A DNA stretch of 64,000 nt from Candidatus Krumholzibacteriota bacterium (GCA_963764625.1 CAVXTH010000008.1:64001-128000); one strand, 5' to 3'. Counted from the stretch's first letter, positions 34,761-46,734 are shown. Notes: generated from the letters alone by a model not told the origin. Made by a program: numbers and translations.

Positions 34761-34776
34761 GGTTGCTGGATATCCA
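34733..34776. promoter_or_regulatory. Tandem palindromic operator / upstream activator sites
   Basis: TTGCTGGATATCCA at 34733-34746 and 34763-34776 (30-bp period), each containing the palindrome TGGATATCCA. Confidence 0.65.
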
Positions 34777-34855
34777 ACGGATTGAGCCGCGGTCCGCGGT
34801 GCGGTAAAACGTCTAACTCCTTACCACACAACAAGGTTCTGTACTTCTTGCGGAC

Positions 34856-34870
34856 TGGCGCCTCTAATGC
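34856..34870 (+). promoter_or_regulatory. Candidate sigma-54 (-24/-12) promoter of the efflux operon
   Basis: TGGCGCCTCTAATGC fits GG-N10-GC and ends 38 nt before the ATG at 34908. Confidence 0.55.
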
Positions 34871-34907
34871 CTCAAACCCGATATTCCCTCCAACCCTGGA
34901 AGCTTCC

Positions 34908-36386
34908 ATGAACTCCGTCCCGATCCCAAGCCGCCCTCCGTGCCGCTCAGGCCCGCCGCGAGCTCTTCGCGCCGCCCTTCTCGCCCTTGCGTGGGGGGTC
35001 CTGGTCTTTCGGGTTGGGCCCGCGAGAGCGGACGAACCGGCGGAACGCCCCCAGACCTGGGAAGCTGATGCCGCGTCCGCCCCGACGGCGCAGCTGCCCG
35101 CCGACCCCCACCTGAAGGACTTCCTCCACCTGGCCGCTTTGAACAATCCCGGTCTGGCCGCGCGCTACGAGAACTGGAGGGCGCAACTGAGCCTGGTGGC
35201 CAAGGCCGGCGGCTGGCCCGACCCCGTCCTCAGCTATGGCTACTATTTGCAGTCGGTGGAGACGGCGGTCGGCCCGCAAGAGCAGCGCCTGGCTCTCACC
35301 CAGGCCATTCCCTGGTTCGGCAAACTTTCCGCCCGAAAAGACGCCGCGGCGCAGAGAGCCAAAGAAGCCCAGGCCATGCTTCGCGCGGCGCAACTCGAAC
35401 TCTTCGCCCGCGTCGCCCAGGCCTACTACGAGTACGCCTACCTCGCGTCGGCCACCGCGGTCACCGAGGAGAACCTGGAACTCATGCGCTACCAGGAGAG
35501 TGTGATGCGCTCACGCTACCAGACCGACTCCGCCTCGTATGCGAACGTCATCAAGGCGCAAGTGGAACTCGGAGTGCTCGAAGACCATCTGCTCACCCTG
35601 AACGATCGCCGCAAACCGCTTGCGTCCCGGCTCAACCAGACGCTCGGGCGCGCCGCCGACGCGCAGCTTCCCTGGCCAGTCCCGCTGGAGCAACCCATTT
35701 TCTCTTTTCCCGCGGGCGATGAATTACGGCGCGAGCTTTTGGCCAACAGTCCTCAGCTGAATGCCATTGACCATCGTCTCGACGCGATTTCTAAGAGCAT
35801 TTCGGCCGCCAAGCGCGACGGCTACCCCGACTTCACGGTGGGGGTGCAGACGATTTTGACCGGCACTTCCGAGCTGACCAGCTTTCCCGGACAGGGGAAA
35901 GACGCCTGGATCGCAACCCTGGCCGTGAAGCTCCCGCTATGGCGCGGGAAATACTCGGGGGAAGTGAACGCCCAGCGCGCGCGCCAACGACAGACCGAGC
36001 ACGAACGGAAGGACCGCGAGCTGACGCTGCTCGCGCAGGTCGATGAAACCCTATTCCAGCTACACGACGCCGAGCGCAAGATCGATCTCTACGGGAAGAG
36101 CCTGGTGCCCAAAGCCAAGCAGGCGTTGGAGGCCAGCACCACCGGATTCCAAACCGGCAAGCTCAGCTACCTCGATTACATCGACGCCCAACGAACTCTG
36201 CTGCAGTTCGAGCTGGAGCACGCGCGCGCCGAGGCGGACCGCGGAGAACGGGTGGTTCAGCTCGCCGCGCTCATCGGAACCTCCCTCGACGAAAGCGGGC
36301 CAGCAACGGCAAGCGAATCGCAGCCGAACGGCGGGAACCAGGGAGAGAGAACTCGTGATCTGGATACTGGAGGAGATTCCCAATGA
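34908..36386 (+). CDS. TolC family outer-membrane efflux protein (CusC/CzcC-like)
   Basis: NNPGL, PDP.LS...QAIPWFGKL, YPDFTVG and KLPLWRGK; signal peptide. Confidence 0.92.
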   Translation: MNSVPIPSRPPCRSGPPRALRAALLALAWGVLVFRVGPARADEPAERPQTWEADAASAPTAQLPADPHLKDFLHLAALNNPGLAARYENWRAQLSLVAKAGGWPDPVLSYGYYLQSVETAVGPQEQRLALTQAIPWFGKLSARKDAAAQRAKEAQAMLRAAQLELFARVAQAYYEYAYLASATAVTEENLELMRYQESVMRSRYQTDSASYANVIKAQVELGVLEDHLLTLNDRRKPLASRLNQTLGRAADAQLPWPVPLEQPIFSFPAGDELRRELLANSPQLNAIDHRLDAISKSISAAKRDGYPDFTVGVQTILTGTSELTSFPGQGKDAWIATLAVKLPLWRGKYSGEVNAQRARQRQTEHERKDRELTLLAQVDETLFQLHDAERKIDLYGKSLVPKAKQALEASTTGFQTGKLSYLDYIDAQRTLLQFELEHARAEADRGERVVQLAALIGTSLDESGPATASESQPNGGNQGERTRDLDTGGDSQ

Positions 36387-37927
36387 CGCGCCGCACTGAC
36401 GTCTTGATCGTCCTCGGACTGGCGATTTTGGTGGCGGGCTTTCTGACCGGCCAACTCTTCAACGACCATGGCGCCAGCGATAGGTCAGCAGCCCAGGAGC
36501 ACGCAGCCCAAGAGAACTCGGCCGACGATGCTTCCGTCCAAGGGGCTAGCTCTCAAGTGACCTTGTGGACCTGCTCCATGCATCCGCAAATCAAACTGCC
36601 GCATCCAGGCAAGTGTCCGATTTGCGGGATGGACCTCATTCCCCTGAAAACCGAGTCAAGTGAATCCGGTGCGTCGCATCAGACGAATGCGGGAGCGAAC
36701 TCTGCGACTCTGACTCTCTCCAAGGATGCGGTCGCCCTGGCCGAAATCGAAACCGCCCCTGTCGCCCGCGGTAATGCGGGAAAAAGCGTTCGCCTGGTGG
36801 GCAAGATCGACTTCGACGAGACCAAGTTGAAGACCATCTCGGCCTGGGTGCCCGGCCGCCTTGATCGACTCTACGTCGACTACACCGGCATCCGCGTGCA
36901 CAAGGGTGATCACATGGTCTCGATCTACAGCCCCGAGCTGGTGAGCACCCAGGAGGAACTCATCCAGGCCTTCACGCACAGAACGCAACTGCAGGGCAGC
37001 TCGGTCGGACTCTTGAAGAGTACCGCCAAGGAAACGGTGAGCGCGGCGCGCGAGAAGCTGCGGCTCTACGGCCTCACGGAAAAGCAGATCGCGGAAATCG
37101 AACAAAGGGGACATGCCGAGGACCACGTGACTATCTACGCTCCCTCGGACGGGGTGGTGGTGAAGAAGAGCGCGATGCAGGGCGACTACGTGAAGACCGG
37201 TCAGATCATTTATGAGATCGCCGATCTCAGCCAACTCTGGGTCAAACTGGACGCCTACGAGAGCGATCTGGTGTGGATTCGCTACGGTCAAGACGTCGAG
37301 TTCACCGCCGAGGCATATCCGGGGAGGAAATTCAAAGGGCGCATTTCCTTCATCGCGCCTGTACTCGACCCCAAGACCCGCACCGCCAAGGTGCGGGTGA
37401 ACGTCAAGAACGAGGATGCGCTGCTCAAGCCGGGCGTCTTTGTGCACGCGGTCGTACGCAGCACCATCGCCGCGCAGGGCCGCGTGATGGACGCGCAACT
37501 CGCGGGCAAGTGGATCTGCCCCATGCATCCCGACGTGGTGAAAGACAAGCCGGGCACCTGCGACATCTGCGGCATGACTCTGGTGACCGCGAAGAGCCTC
37601 GGGTACGCCGTGGCAGCCAAAGACGAGGAACCCCCTCTCCTCATTCCCGCATCAGCCCCCCTCATCACCGGCAAGCGCGCGGTGGTGTACGTTCGGATTC
37701 CCGGAGACGAGCCGCGCTTCGAAGGACGCGAAGTGGTGCTGGGCCCGCGCGCCGGGGACCAATATATCGTCAACCAAGGGCTGCGCGAAGGAGAGCTCGT
37801 CGTGGTGAACGGCGCGTTCAAGATCGACAGCGCCATGCAGATTCAGGCCAAACCCTCGATGATGTCGCCTTCCGGTGAAGGCGCTGCCCCCATGTCCATG
37901 CCCATGCCGAAGGACGGTGGCCAGTGA
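36383..37927 (+). CDS. cusB: CusB-type RND periplasmic adaptor with two CxMHP...CxxCGM metal-binding domains
   Basis: WTCSMHP...CPICGMDL, YSPELVSTQEE, IADLSQLWV and WICPMHP...CDICGM. Confidence 0.88.
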   Translation: MTRRTDVLIVLGLAILVAGFLTGQLFNDHGASDRSAAQEHAAQENSADDASVQGASSQVTLWTCSMHPQIKLPHPGKCPICGMDLIPLKTESSESGASHQTNAGANSATLTLSKDAVALAEIETAPVARGNAGKSVRLVGKIDFDETKLKTISAWVPGRLDRLYVDYTGIRVHKGDHMVSIYSPELVSTQEELIQAFTHRTQLQGSSVGLLKSTAKETVSAAREKLRLYGLTEKQIAEIEQRGHAEDHVTIYAPSDGVVVKKSAMQGDYVKTGQIIYEIADLSQLWVKLDAYESDLVWIRYGQDVEFTAEAYPGRKFKGRISFIAPVLDPKTRTAKVRVNVKNEDALLKPGVFVHAVVRSTIAAQGRVMDAQLAGKWICPMHPDVVKDKPGTCDICGMTLVTAKSLGYAVAAKDEEPPLLIPASAPLITGKRAVVYVRIPGDEPRFEGREVVLGPRAGDQYIVNQGLREGELVVVNGAFKIDSAMQIQAKPSMMSPSGEGAAPMSMPMPKDGGQ

Positions 37928-40900
37928 ACCTGACCGATCGCGTCATCCGTTTTTGCATGGACAACAAGCTGGTGGTCGTGCTCGCCCTCCTCGCGGTCAT
38001 CGCCTGGGGGGTCATGGTAGCTCCCTTCCCCTGGAACACACACGGCTTGCCCCGCGATCCAGTACCCGTCGACGCCATTCCGGACATCGGCGAGAACCAA
38101 CAAATCGTGTTCACCGCCTGGCCGGGACGCAGCCCGCAGGACGTCGAGGATCAAATCGGCTATCCCCTCACCGTTTCGCTTCTGGGCATCCCGGGAGTGA
38201 AGACGGTTCGCAGCTACTCCATGTTTGGCTTTTCGACCATCTACGTGATCTTCAAGGAAAACGTCGAGTTCTACTGGTCGCGTTCCCGCCTGCTGGAAAA
38301 GCTCAGCAGTCTTCCCGCGGGAACTCTGCCCCAGGGAGTGCAGCCCGCCCTGGGACCGGACGCGACGGCTCTGGGACAGGTCTACTGGTACACCCTGGAG
38401 GGACGTGACCCGCAGGGGAACCCGGCCGGCGGTTGGAATCTCGACGAGTTGCGTTCGATTCAGGATTGGTACGTACGCTACGCCCTGCAGGGGGTGGACG
38501 GAGTTTCGGAGGTCGCTTCGGTAGGCGGTTTCGTAAAGGAGTACCAGATCGACGTCGACCCCGACGCCATGCGCGCCTACGGAGTCACTCTCGACCAGGT
38601 GTTTCAGTCGGTGCGCATGTCGAACGTGGACGTGGGGGCGCGCACCATCGAAGTGAACAAGGTGGAGTACGTCATCCGCGGAATCGGCTTCATCAAGAAC
38701 TTGGGAGACATCGAGAAATCCGTCGTCACCGAAGTGAACAACACTCCGGTCACCATCAAGGACATCGCCACCGTGAGTTTGGGGCCGGCGTTGCGGCGCG
38801 GCGCACTGGACAAGGGCGGCGCGGAAGCGGTGGGCGGGGTGGTCGTGGTCCGCTACGGCGAAAATCCCCTGGCCACCATCGATCGCCTCAAGAAGAAGAT
38901 CGCGGAGATCTCCCCCGGACTTCCCTCCAAGACTCTCCCGGACGGCACCGTCTCGAAGGTTACGATCGTTCCCTTCTACGACCGCACCGGGCTTATCCAC
39001 GAAACCCTCGGCACGCTCGAAGAGGCGCTGATCCTGGAAATCCTCGTCACCATCATGGTGATCATCTTCATGGTGAGGCACCTGAGGACGAGCCTGTTGG
39101 TCTCGGGCCTCTTGCCGGTGGCGGTGCTCATGGCCTTCATCGCCATGAAGCTCTTCCACGTCGATGCCAACGTGGTGGCGCTGTCGGGCATCGCGATCGC
39201 GATCGGCACCATGGTGGACATGGGCGTGATTCTGAGCGAGAACATGCTACGGCATCTGGCCGAAGCACACGCCGACGAAAACAAAAAGGAAATCATCTTC
39301 GGCGCCGCGAGCGAAGTGGGAGGAGCGGTGGTAACCGCGGTCGCCACCACCGTGGTGAGCTTTCTGCCCGTCTTCACCATGACCGCGGCCGAGGGCAAGC
39401 TCTTCAAGCCTCTGGCCTACACCAAGACCTTTGCGCTCATCGCCGCGCTCATTGTATCTCTGACCCTCATGCCGGCCTTCGCCCACATGCTCCTGGGCTG
39501 GCGCGTCAAGTTCCGCGGCCCCCGGAGACCGCGCGTGCCCTGGAAATTTCCCGCGCGACTTCGAGAGCGCCTGGTGGCTTCTTCGAGCTGGATCGTATTC
39601 GTGTTGGTCGGACTTCTTCTGACATCCACCTGGTTGCCCTTGGGGCCCGCGAAGGGATTCGCGCGCAATGCCATCTTCCTTTTCGCCATCATTCTCGGTC
39701 TGCTCTTTGTCTTTTCGTTCTTCATCCGCGCCTACGGACGCATCCTGCGTTGGTGTCTTGGGCACAAACTGATTTTCCTCAGCCTTCCCTTAGTTCTGAT
39801 GGTGCTGGGATGGCAGGTGTGGCATGGGCTGGGCAAGGAGTTCATGCCCGATCTGGATGAAGGCAGTTTTCTCTACATGCCCACCACCATGCCGCACGCC
39901 TCGATCGGCGAATCTCTCGACGTCATCGCCAAGCTCGACATGGCGATTGATTCGATCCCCGAGGTGGAGTCGGTTGTGGGCAAGATCGGTCGCGCCGATA
40001 CTCCACTCGATCCCGCGCCCATCTCCATGGTCGAAGCGGTGGTGAACTATCTTCCCGAATATCGCGTCGATCCAAACGGACATCGCCTGCGCTTCAAGTA
40101 CCGCAAGGGCGCATTCGTGCGCGACGATGCGGGCGAGCTCATCCCCGACTCGCACGGGCGTCCCTACCGCCAGTGGCGCGACACCATTCACTCCTCCGAT
40201 GACATCTGGAAGGAGATCGTCAAGATCGCTCAGATCCCCGGCACCACCTCGGCGCCCAAGCTGCAGCCGATCGCGGCGCGCATCGTCATGCTCCAGAGCG
40301 GCATGCGCGCGCCCATGGGAATCAAGGTGAAGGGCCCCGACCTTCAGACCATCGAAGACTTCGGCCTGAAGCTCGAGAGCATCCTCAAGACGGTACCCTC
40401 GGTGCAGCCCTCGGCCGTGTTCGCCGACCGCATCGTGGGCAAACCCTATTTGGAGATCGAGATCGACCGCGACGCCATCGCCCGCTACGGTCTGCACGTC
40501 AAAGATGTCCAGAACGTGATCGAAGTCGCGATCGGGGGGAAACGTATCACCACCACGGTGGAAGGGCGCGAACGCTATCCGGTGCGCGTGCGCTACCAGC
40601 GCGAGCTGCGCGACAGCATTGAAAGCCTGGGCGGCATTCTCGTTCCCTCACCCCAGGGAGCGCAGATCCCCCTCATTCAGCTGGCGAAAATCCGTTACGT
40701 GCGCGGCCCCCAGGTAATCAAGAGCGAGGACACCTTCCTCGTGGGCTACGTGCTCTTCGACAAGAAGCCGGGCCATGCCGAAGTGGAAGTGGTGGATGAC
40801 GCGCGCAAGACAATCCAACAGAAGATCGACTCCGGTGAGCTCGTGCTTCCCAAGGGAGTGAGCTACTCCTTCGCCGGAAGCTACGAAAACCAGGTGCGTA

Positions 40901-41502
40901 GCGAGAAGCGCCTGAAAGTGGTGCTCCCCCTGGCACTCTTTCTCATCTTCCTCATCCTCTATTTCCAGTTCCGCTCGGTCTCGACCACTCTGATGGTCTT
41001 CTCGGGAATCTTCGTGGCCTGGGCCGGAGGATTCCTCATGATCGGACTCTATGGACAGTCCTGGTTTTTGAACTTCTCGGTCTTCGGAACCAATCTGCGC
41101 GACCTTTTCCAGGTGCATCCCATCAATCTAAGCGTGGCCATTTGGGTGGGCTTCATCGCGCTCTTCGGCATCGCCAGCGACAACGGAGTGGTGGTCGCGG
41201 TCTACTTGCAGCAGTCCTTCCGCCAGCACCGCCCAAAGACGGTGGCTGAAATCCGCGAGGCCACCGTGATCGCGGGGACCCGCCGCATCCGTCCCTGCCT
41301 CATGACCACTGCCACCACCGTGCTAGCGCTCTTGCCCGTTCTGAGCTCTACCGGCCGGGGAAGTGACATCATGGTTCCCATGGCCATTCCCTCCTTCGGT
41401 GGTATGGTCTTGGCGCTCATCACCCAATTCATCGTACCTGTGTTGTATTGCTGGAAAGCCGAGTTAGGGCAGAAGTTCACGCGCGCAGAGGAAGTGGCAT
41501 GA
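37924..41502 (+). CDS. cusA: CusA-type heavy-metal RND permease (Cu/Ag)
   Basis: [27 protein letters not shown] and [13 protein letters not shown]; Met-triad contexts LYMP, ISMVE and IVMLQSG. Confidence 0.93.
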   Translation: MNLTDRVIRFCMDNKLVVVLALLAVIAWGVMVAPFPWNTHGLPRDPVPVDAIPDIGENQQIVFTAWPGRSPQDVEDQIGYPLTVSLLGIPGVKTVRSYSMFGFSTIYVIFKENVEFYWSRSRLLEKLSSLPAGTLPQGVQPALGPDATALGQVYWYTLEGRDPQGNPAGGWNLDELRSIQDWYVRYALQGVDGVSEVASVGGFVKEYQIDVDPDAMRAYGVTLDQVFQSVRMSNVDVGARTIEVNKVEYVIRGIGFIKNLGDIEKSVVTEVNNTPVTIKDIATVSLGPALRRGALDKGGAEAVGGVVVVRYGENPLATIDRLKKKIAEISPGLPSKTLPDGTVSKVTIVPFYDRTGLIHETLGTLEEALILEILVTIMVIIFMVRHLRTSLLVSGLLPVAVLMAFIAMKLFHVDANVVALSGIAIAIGTMVDMGVILSENMLRHLAEAHADENKKEIIFGAASEVGGAVVTAVATTVVSFLPVFTMTAAEGKLFKPLAYTKTFALIAALIVSLTLMPAFAHMLLGWRVKFRGPRRPRVPWKFPARLRERLVASSSWIVFVLVGLLLTSTWLPLGPAKGFARNAIFLFAIILGLLFVFSFFIRAYGRILRWCLGHKLIFLSLPLVLMVLGWQVWHGLGKEFMPDLDEGSFLYMPTTMPHASIGESLDVIAKLDMAIDSIPEVESVVGKIGRADTPLDPAPISMVEAVVNYLPEYRVDPNGHRLRFKYRKGAFVRDDAGELIPDSHGRPYRQWRDTIHSSDDIWKEIVKIAQIPGTTSAPKLQPIAARIVMLQSGMRAPMGIKVKGPDLQTIEDFGLKLESILKTVPSVQPSAVFADRIVGKPYLEIEIDRDAIARYGLHVKDVQNVIEVAIGGKRITTTVEGRERYPVRVRYQRELRDSIESLGGILVPSPQGAQIPLIQLAKIRYVRGPQVIKSEDTFLVGYVLFDKKPGHAEVEVVDDARKTIQQKIDSGELVLPKGVSYSFAGSYENQVRSEKRLKVVLPLALFLIFLILYFQFRSVSTTLMVFSGIFVAWAGGFLMIGLYGQSWFLNFSVFGTNLRDLFQVHPINLSVAIWVGFIALFGIASDNGVVVAVYLQQSFRQHRPKTVAEIREATVIAGTRRIRPCLMTTATTVLALLPVLSSTGRGSDIMVPMAIPSFGGMVLALITQFIVPVLYCWKAELGQKFTRAEEVA

Positions 41503-43856
41503 GCGAGCCATCCGTAGAGACGATGAAGGATCCCGTATGCGGGATGACGGTGAGCCCGAGCCCGGACAACCCCCATTCGGTGTACGAGGGACAACGCTTC
41601 GAATTCTGTTGCGGCGGTTGCAAGAAGCGTTTCGACGAGGACCCCAAGAAATACTTGCTACCGCGCGCGGCGGCAGAGCCCAACTCGGCGAAACCGGACC
41701 GGGCGCAGTCGAAGGCCGCGCCGCCCTCTTCGGCCAAGAAATACACCTGTCCCATGCACCCGGAAGTCGTGAGCAACAAGCCGGGGGCCTGTCCCAAGTG
41801 CGGGATGGCGCTGGAGCCGGTGGAGGTCAGCGAAGAGGAAGACGATTCCAGCCGCGCGGAATACGAGGACATGAGGCGGCGCTTCTGGATAGCGGCGGTT
41901 CTCAGTCTACCGGTCCTTCTGAGTGCGATGGCCGGAGGCTTTGTTTCCAACGCGTTCGGAGGGTTCCTTTCGGAGCGGGTGCGCGTCTTTCTGGAGTTCG
42001 GGTTGAGCGCTCCGGTCGTGCTCTACTGCGGCTGGCCTCTTTTAGTGCGCGCCTGGAACTCGGTCGTCCATTTCTCTTTGAACATGTTCACCCTTATCGG
42101 GTTGGGGGTGGTCGTTTCCTGGAGCTACAGCGTGGTGGCCATGAGCCTCCCCGGTCGCTTTCCCGCCTCGTTCATGAGCGAGGGCGGGACGGTTCCGGTG
42201 TACTTCGAGGCAGCCGCGGTGATCACCACTCTGGTCTTGCTCGGACAAATGCTCGAGCTGCGCGCGCGCAGCCACACCGGGGCCGCCATTCGCAGTCTCT
42301 TGGGGCTCGCCCCCAAAACGGCTCACCGGATTTTGCCCGGCGGAGATGAAGAGGAGGTGCCCCTGGACCGAATCGAGGTGGGAGATCGACTGCGCGTGCA
42401 CCCCGGGGAAAAGATTCCACTCGATGGAAGCGTCGAAGAGGGCAAGAGCTCCGTGGACGAGAGCATGGTCACGGGCGAGCCCATGCCGGTGGAAAAGGGT
42501 CCAGACGATTTCGTCATCGGGGCTACTTTGAACACCACCGGGGCCATGATCATCCGCGCGGAGAAAGTGGGCAGCGAAACCCTCCTTGCCCAGATCGTAC
42601 AGATGGTGGCCGCCGCCCAACGCAGCCGCGCCCCCATTCAGCGCGTCGCTGACCAAGTGGCTAGGTATTTCGTGCCGAGCGTCATCCTGGCCGCGATCGT
42701 GACCTTCGCCGTTTGGGCCGCGGTCGGCCCCGAACCCAGAATGGTCTATGCGCTCGTGAACGCCGTGGCAGTTCTCATCATCGCCTGCCCCTGCGCGCTG
42801 GGACTGGCCACTCCCATGTCGATCATGGTCGCAACGGGAAAGGGCGCCTCGGTGGGTGTTCTCTTCAAGAACGCCGAGGCGATCGAACATCTTCGCAAGG
42901 TCGACACTCTGGTGGTGGACAAGACGGGAACGCTCACCGAAGGCAAGCCACGTCTGGTGGAGATTCAGCCTCAGCCCCGAATCTCCGAAGAAAACCTCCT
43001 GAGGCTGGCCGCAAGCGTAGAGCAAAACAGCGAACATCCTCTGGCGCGGGCCGTGCTCGATGCCGCGCGTGAACGCCATCTCACCTTCGCGGCGGTCGAG
43101 GACTTTCAGAGCCATACTGGCCGCGGGGTGAGCGCGATGGTCGACGGCATGTATCTGGTCCTGGGCAACGAGGGGCTCCTAAAGGAACTGGGGACGAGTG
43201 ACATGCGGGCTGACGTGGGAGTCGACGAGCTGCGTGCTCGCGGGCAGACCGTCATGCTCGTGGCCATCGATCGGGCGTTCGCGGGACTGTTGGTCGTGGC
43301 CGACCCGATCAAGGAAGGCACGGCGGAGACGATTCGGGAGCTGCGGGAAAGCGGGATGCGGATCGTCATGCTGACCGGCGACAATCCGGTGACCGCACGC
43401 GCCGTGGCCTCCAAACTCGGAATCACCGATCTCGAGGCGGGGGTACTTCCCGATCGTAAAGCCGAAGTGGTGCGCGAGTTCCAGGCGAAGCGGGCGGTCG
43501 TGGCCATGGCCGGAGACGGAATCAACGACGCTCCGGCGCTGGCGCAAGCTGACGTGGGCATCGCCATGGGAACCGGCACCGACGTGGCCATGGAGAGCGC
43601 CGCCATCACTCTGGTCAAAGGCGATCTGAGCGCCATCCTGCGGGCACGCCGTCTGAGCGAGCTCACCATGAGTAACATCCGCCAGAATCTCTTCTTTGCC
43701 TTCGCCTACAACTCTCTGGGCATCCCTTTGGCGGCCGGGGTTCTCTACCCCGTTTTCGGGCTGCTTCTCAATCCCATGATCGCGGCCGCCGCCATGAGCT
43801 TCAGCTCCGTGTCTGTGATCACAAACGCTCTACGCCTTCGAGGTCAGGACCTCTGA
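41499..43856 (+). CDS. copA: Cu(I)-translocating P1B ATPase with an N-terminal YHS-like and a CPMHP metal-binding domain
   Basis: KDPVCGM, YTCPMHP, TGEP, CPC, DKTGT, SEHP, GDGIND, YN and MSFSS. Confidence 0.95.
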   Translation: MSEPSVETMKDPVCGMTVSPSPDNPHSVYEGQRFEFCCGGCKKRFDEDPKKYLLPRAAAEPNSAKPDRAQSKAAPPSSAKKYTCPMHPEVVSNKPGACPKCGMALEPVEVSEEEDDSSRAEYEDMRRRFWIAAVLSLPVLLSAMAGGFVSNAFGGFLSERVRVFLEFGLSAPVVLYCGWPLLVRAWNSVVHFSLNMFTLIGLGVVVSWSYSVVAMSLPGRFPASFMSEGGTVPVYFEAAAVITTLVLLGQMLELRARSHTGAAIRSLLGLAPKTAHRILPGGDEEEVPLDRIEVGDRLRVHPGEKIPLDGSVEEGKSSVDESMVTGEPMPVEKGPDDFVIGATLNTTGAMIIRAEKVGSETLLAQIVQMVAAAQRSRAPIQRVADQVARYFVPSVILAAIVTFAVWAAVGPEPRMVYALVNAVAVLIIACPCALGLATPMSIMVATGKGASVGVLFKNAEAIEHLRKVDTLVVDKTGTLTEGKPRLVEIQPQPRISEENLLRLAASVEQNSEHPLARAVLDAARERHLTFAAVEDFQSHTGRGVSAMVDGMYLVLGNEGLLKELGTSDMRADVGVDELRARGQTVMLVAIDRAFAGLLVVADPIKEGTAETIRELRESGMRIVMLTGDNPVTARAVASKLGITDLEAGVLPDRKAEVVREFQAKRAVVAMAGDGINDAPALAQADVGIAMGTGTDVAMESAAITLVKGDLSAILRARRLSELTMSNIRQNLFFAFAYNSLGIPLAAGVLYPVFGLLLNPMIAAAAMSFSSVSVITNALRLRGQDL

Positions 43857-43897
43857 TCGTTTTCCCGGATGAATTTCGCCCTGGCCGAAATTAATCT

Positions 43898-43926
43898 GTA
43901 ACTCTGGGGCCGCACCGGCTTCTCAT
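43898..43926 (+). promoter_or_regulatory. Candidate ECF-sigma promoter (autoregulatory)
   Basis: GTAAC-N17-TTCTCAT; the same architecture recurs at 46754-46782. Confidence 0.6.
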
Positions 43927-43988
43927 TGTCAAAGCCCGCTCGCCGGGCTCACAGGACAAGCGGCATGGTGGTCATGGCGGAGGCGGTA

Positions 43989-44588
43989 ATGAGGCAGAGC
44001 GACGAACAAATCGTCGATGCCGTATGCGGTGGAGACACCGAGGCCTTTCGCTTTTTGGTGGGGCGTCATCAGGACACCGTCTACGGCATGCTGCTCCGCC
44101 TTGTCAGTGATTCCGAGTGCGCGCGTGATTTAGCCCAGGAGACTTTCGTGCGGGCCTATCGATCACTCGGCGGATTCAGAGGCGATTCGCGTTTCAGCAC
44201 CTGGCTGGTACAGATCGCCATCCACGCGGCACGAGATCACCAACGGAGCAAGGGCCGTTCGAAGGTCATCTCCCTGAGCGAGCTGGAGGAACGGCGCAAT
44301 CCAGAGGCAGCGATCCGAGAGACGAGGAGCGCCTTCGACCCCATGCTACAGCTCGAAGAACGTGAACTCTCTCAACGCCTCCAGGAAGGCCTGAAGCGAC
44401 TGCCCGAGGGATATCGAGAGGTCTTCGTGATGAGGCATATGGAAGAGATGAGTTACGAGGATATTTCCACCCTGACCGGCAACAGCGTGGGCTCGCTCAA
44501 GGTACGTTCCCACCGAGCGCGCAAACTTCTGCGGGAATACCTGCGGGATGACCCCAAACCGGGATCCCGCTCGGTTTCGAGTTCTTGA
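43989..44588 (+). CDS. ECF RNA polymerase sigma factor
   Basis: DLAQETFVRAY, FRGDSRFSTWL and LPEGYREVF...SYEDI...GSLKVRSHRAR. Confidence 0.95.
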   Translation: MRQSDEQIVDAVCGGDTEAFRFLVGRHQDTVYGMLLRLVSDSECARDLAQETFVRAYRSLGGFRGDSRFSTWLVQIAIHAARDHQRSKGRSKVISLSELEERRNPEAAIRETRSAFDPMLQLEERELSQRLQEGLKRLPEGYREVFVMRHMEEMSYEDISTLTGNSVGSLKVRSHRARKLLREYLRDDPKPGSRSVSSS

Positions 44589-44609
44589 GCCGAAGTGAAA
44601 AGAGGAGGA

Positions 44610-45359
44610 ATGAGCATGGACACCCTTCTGGCCCGCTACCTCGACGGGGAGCTCGACGATGAAGAGGCCCGCGTCTTTCTTCAACGGCTCGAAACCGATC
44701 CCCATCTCGCGGCGGAGTTGCGCGACTACGAGAGAATTCTCGCCAGCGCCCAACTCTTGCGCGAGGTGAACGCACCTTCCGGTTTCACACAGAGCGTGAT
44801 GGAGCGCGTCGCAGAGGAGGCTCCCCCGCGCCGCAGTGTATCTTTGAGCCCCGGCCGGGCAGCCCGCCCGCGAGCGAAGGGGTGGGCGTGGCGTCCAGCA
44901 TTAGCCATGGCCGCGGTCCTTCTCGTGGCATTCGTCCTGGGCCGCATGACCGTGGGGTCATCGAACTTTGAGATCGACGGCGTAAATTCTCCTCCGCAGC
45001 TCTCTCAGCTCCGGTCCACCCTAAACGTGGGACAACCCCGGACGGAAACGGCGTCGCTCGTCGCCGCGGGGGGCGCTTCGGCTTCGCGCGACTTTCGCAT
45101 CGTGCGCTTGATCTACTCCCCACAACGCGAGGATCTCGAGTCGGTCTCCGTGGCCGGCAGTTTCAACGGCTGGAATGCGCATAGCCTTCCCCTGAAGAAG
45201 ACCGGCGGGGTATGGACGACGACGCTGGTGCTTCCTCCGGGAGCCTACGAATACATGTTCATCGAGAATGGAAATCACTGGGTTACCGATCCGCTGGCTC
45301 CTTACACCCGGGATGACGGTTTCGGAAATCGCAATGCCGTGCTCGAGCTGGGAGCCTGA
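44610..45359 (+). CDS. Anti-sigma factor: N-terminal anti-sigma domain, one TM helix and a C-terminal CBM48/AMPK glycogen-binding-type domain
   Basis: LLARYLDGEL and APSGFTQSVM; TM ALAMAAVLLVAFVLG; VSVAGSFNGW...W...LPPGAYEYMF...WVTDP...DDGFG.RNAVL. Confidence 0.85.
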   Translation: MSMDTLLARYLDGELDDEEARVFLQRLETDPHLAAELRDYERILASAQLLREVNAPSGFTQSVMERVAEEAPPRRSVSLSPGRAARPRAKGWAWRPALAMAAVLLVAFVLGRMTVGSSNFEIDGVNSPPQLSQLRSTLNVGQPRTETASLVAAGGASASRDFRIVRLIYSPQREDLESVSVAGSFNGWNAHSLPLKKTGGVWTTTLVLPPGAYEYMFIENGNHWVTDPLAPYTRDDGFGNRNAVLELGA

Positions 45360-45402
45360 GCCGTTGCGATCAGCAAGAACTCAATTCTGGGGGAGCGAAG
45401 AC

Positions 45403-46734
45403 GTGAAGGGAAGTTTGTTCCGGTTGTCTTGGAATCCGAATTCTGGGGCGCGGCATCGTGGAGCCGGCTCCCGCGCGGCCAGGGCGGGCTCGTTTCTCGC
45501 CGCGTGCGTGCTCCTTTTCGGTGCCGCGCCCACTATGGCGCAGAGTCCCTGGATCCTCTCTCCATCCCTTTCGATCTCGGGAGGGCACGAGAGCAATCTC
45601 CTGCTCGACCCGGCGGGAGCGGCCGTGGTGGTTCCCGGCGGGTCCTTTCTCGAGTTCTCCCCCGGCTTCGAACTTGCGCGCCGGTTATCGCAGAAACTCG
45701 AGCTACGGGTGGGCACGCGGATTTCGGCCGAGCGCTTTTTCAACGACGAAGATCGCACCCTCTACGGCCACGTGGCCTGGGGAGATCTTTTCGTCTCGCT
45801 GTCCACGCGTACCCGCATGCGGTTCTCCCTCTCGGGCGATTACTTCAACGACACGCAGCAGAGCGCGCTGCGGCGTTGGGGGGGCGGGGGAGAGCTCGGC
45901 ATCGACTATCGGACCCGGCGCTTTCGGCTGGAGGGGTTCGTGGGAGGGCGAGGTGTCTCGTATCCACGCGCGGACGCTCTCAACGAAGCCGGTCAGCTCA
46001 CGAGCTACCGCGAGGACCGCTGGAACCTGGGAGCGGCCGCTTCGATCGCCCCCAGCGCTCGTCTTCTCCTACGCGCCTCACTGGTGGCACGTCGTACGGA
46101 TTCCGTGGATCCTCAATACGACGGGGGCGCGCTCCTCAGCGATCTCGCCCTGCGCTTCACCCCACAGCACCGTGTCTTTCTCGATCTCCACTATGGGCGC
46201 CAGAGCCGGGACTTTGATCACCGCCTCCCCTCTTTCGACAGTGATCTCTATACACAGTGGGGAGTGGGGATGAGCTTCGAACTGAATCCGGGCGCCTCGC
46301 TGCGCCTACGCTGGTCGCAAGGCACCTACTCCGACCCGGAAGGGAACGAGCAAGATACCGACCGCCTCGAGCTCTCGTTGAGACTGGGGCCTTCGATCTT
46401 CGGAGCTCGTCTGCGTCCCGCGCTTCCTATGGCTTTGGACTTCAGTGCTGGAGACTCTCCGGGGCCGAAGCAGGGGGCCGAGGGAACCGTATTCCGTCTT
46501 CACGCCCCGGCCGCGGCGACCGTTGAGCTGATGGGTGATTTCAATGGATGGCAACGCGGCCGGGCGACGCTTGAGCCGCAGGACAACGGCTGGTGGCAAG
46601 TGACCCTGAGGATTCCACCGGGGCGCTATCAATATCTCTACATGGTCGACGGCAAAGCCCTGACCCCGCCCGAATCCCTGATTACGGTAGAAGATGGTTT
46701 TGGGGGTCGGAACGGGCTTTTGGAGGTCCGCTAG
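45403..46734 (+). CDS. Putative outer-membrane beta-barrel protein with a C-terminal CBM48-type domain
   Basis: Signal peptide ending TMA-Q; alternating amphipathic strands; C-terminus FRLHAP.A..VELMGDFNGW...PPGRYQY...DGFGG.NGLL. Confidence 0.75.
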   Translation: MKGSLFRLSWNPNSGARHRGAGSRAARAGSFLAACVLLFGAAPTMAQSPWILSPSLSISGGHESNLLLDPAGAAVVVPGGSFLEFSPGFELARRLSQKLELRVGTRISAERFFNDEDRTLYGHVAWGDLFVSLSTRTRMRFSLSGDYFNDTQQSALRRWGGGGELGIDYRTRRFRLEGFVGGRGVSYPRADALNEAGQLTSYREDRWNLGAAASIAPSARLLLRASLVARRTDSVDPQYDGGALLSDLALRFTPQHRVFLDLHYGRQSRDFDHRLPSFDSDLYTQWGVGMSFELNPGASLRLRWSQGTYSDPEGNEQDTDRLELSLRLGPSIFGARLRPALPMALDFSAGDSPGPKQGAEGTVFRLHAPAAATVELMGDFNGWQRGRATLEPQDNGWWQVTLRIPPGRYQYLYMVDGKALTPPESLITVEDGFGGRNGLLEVR

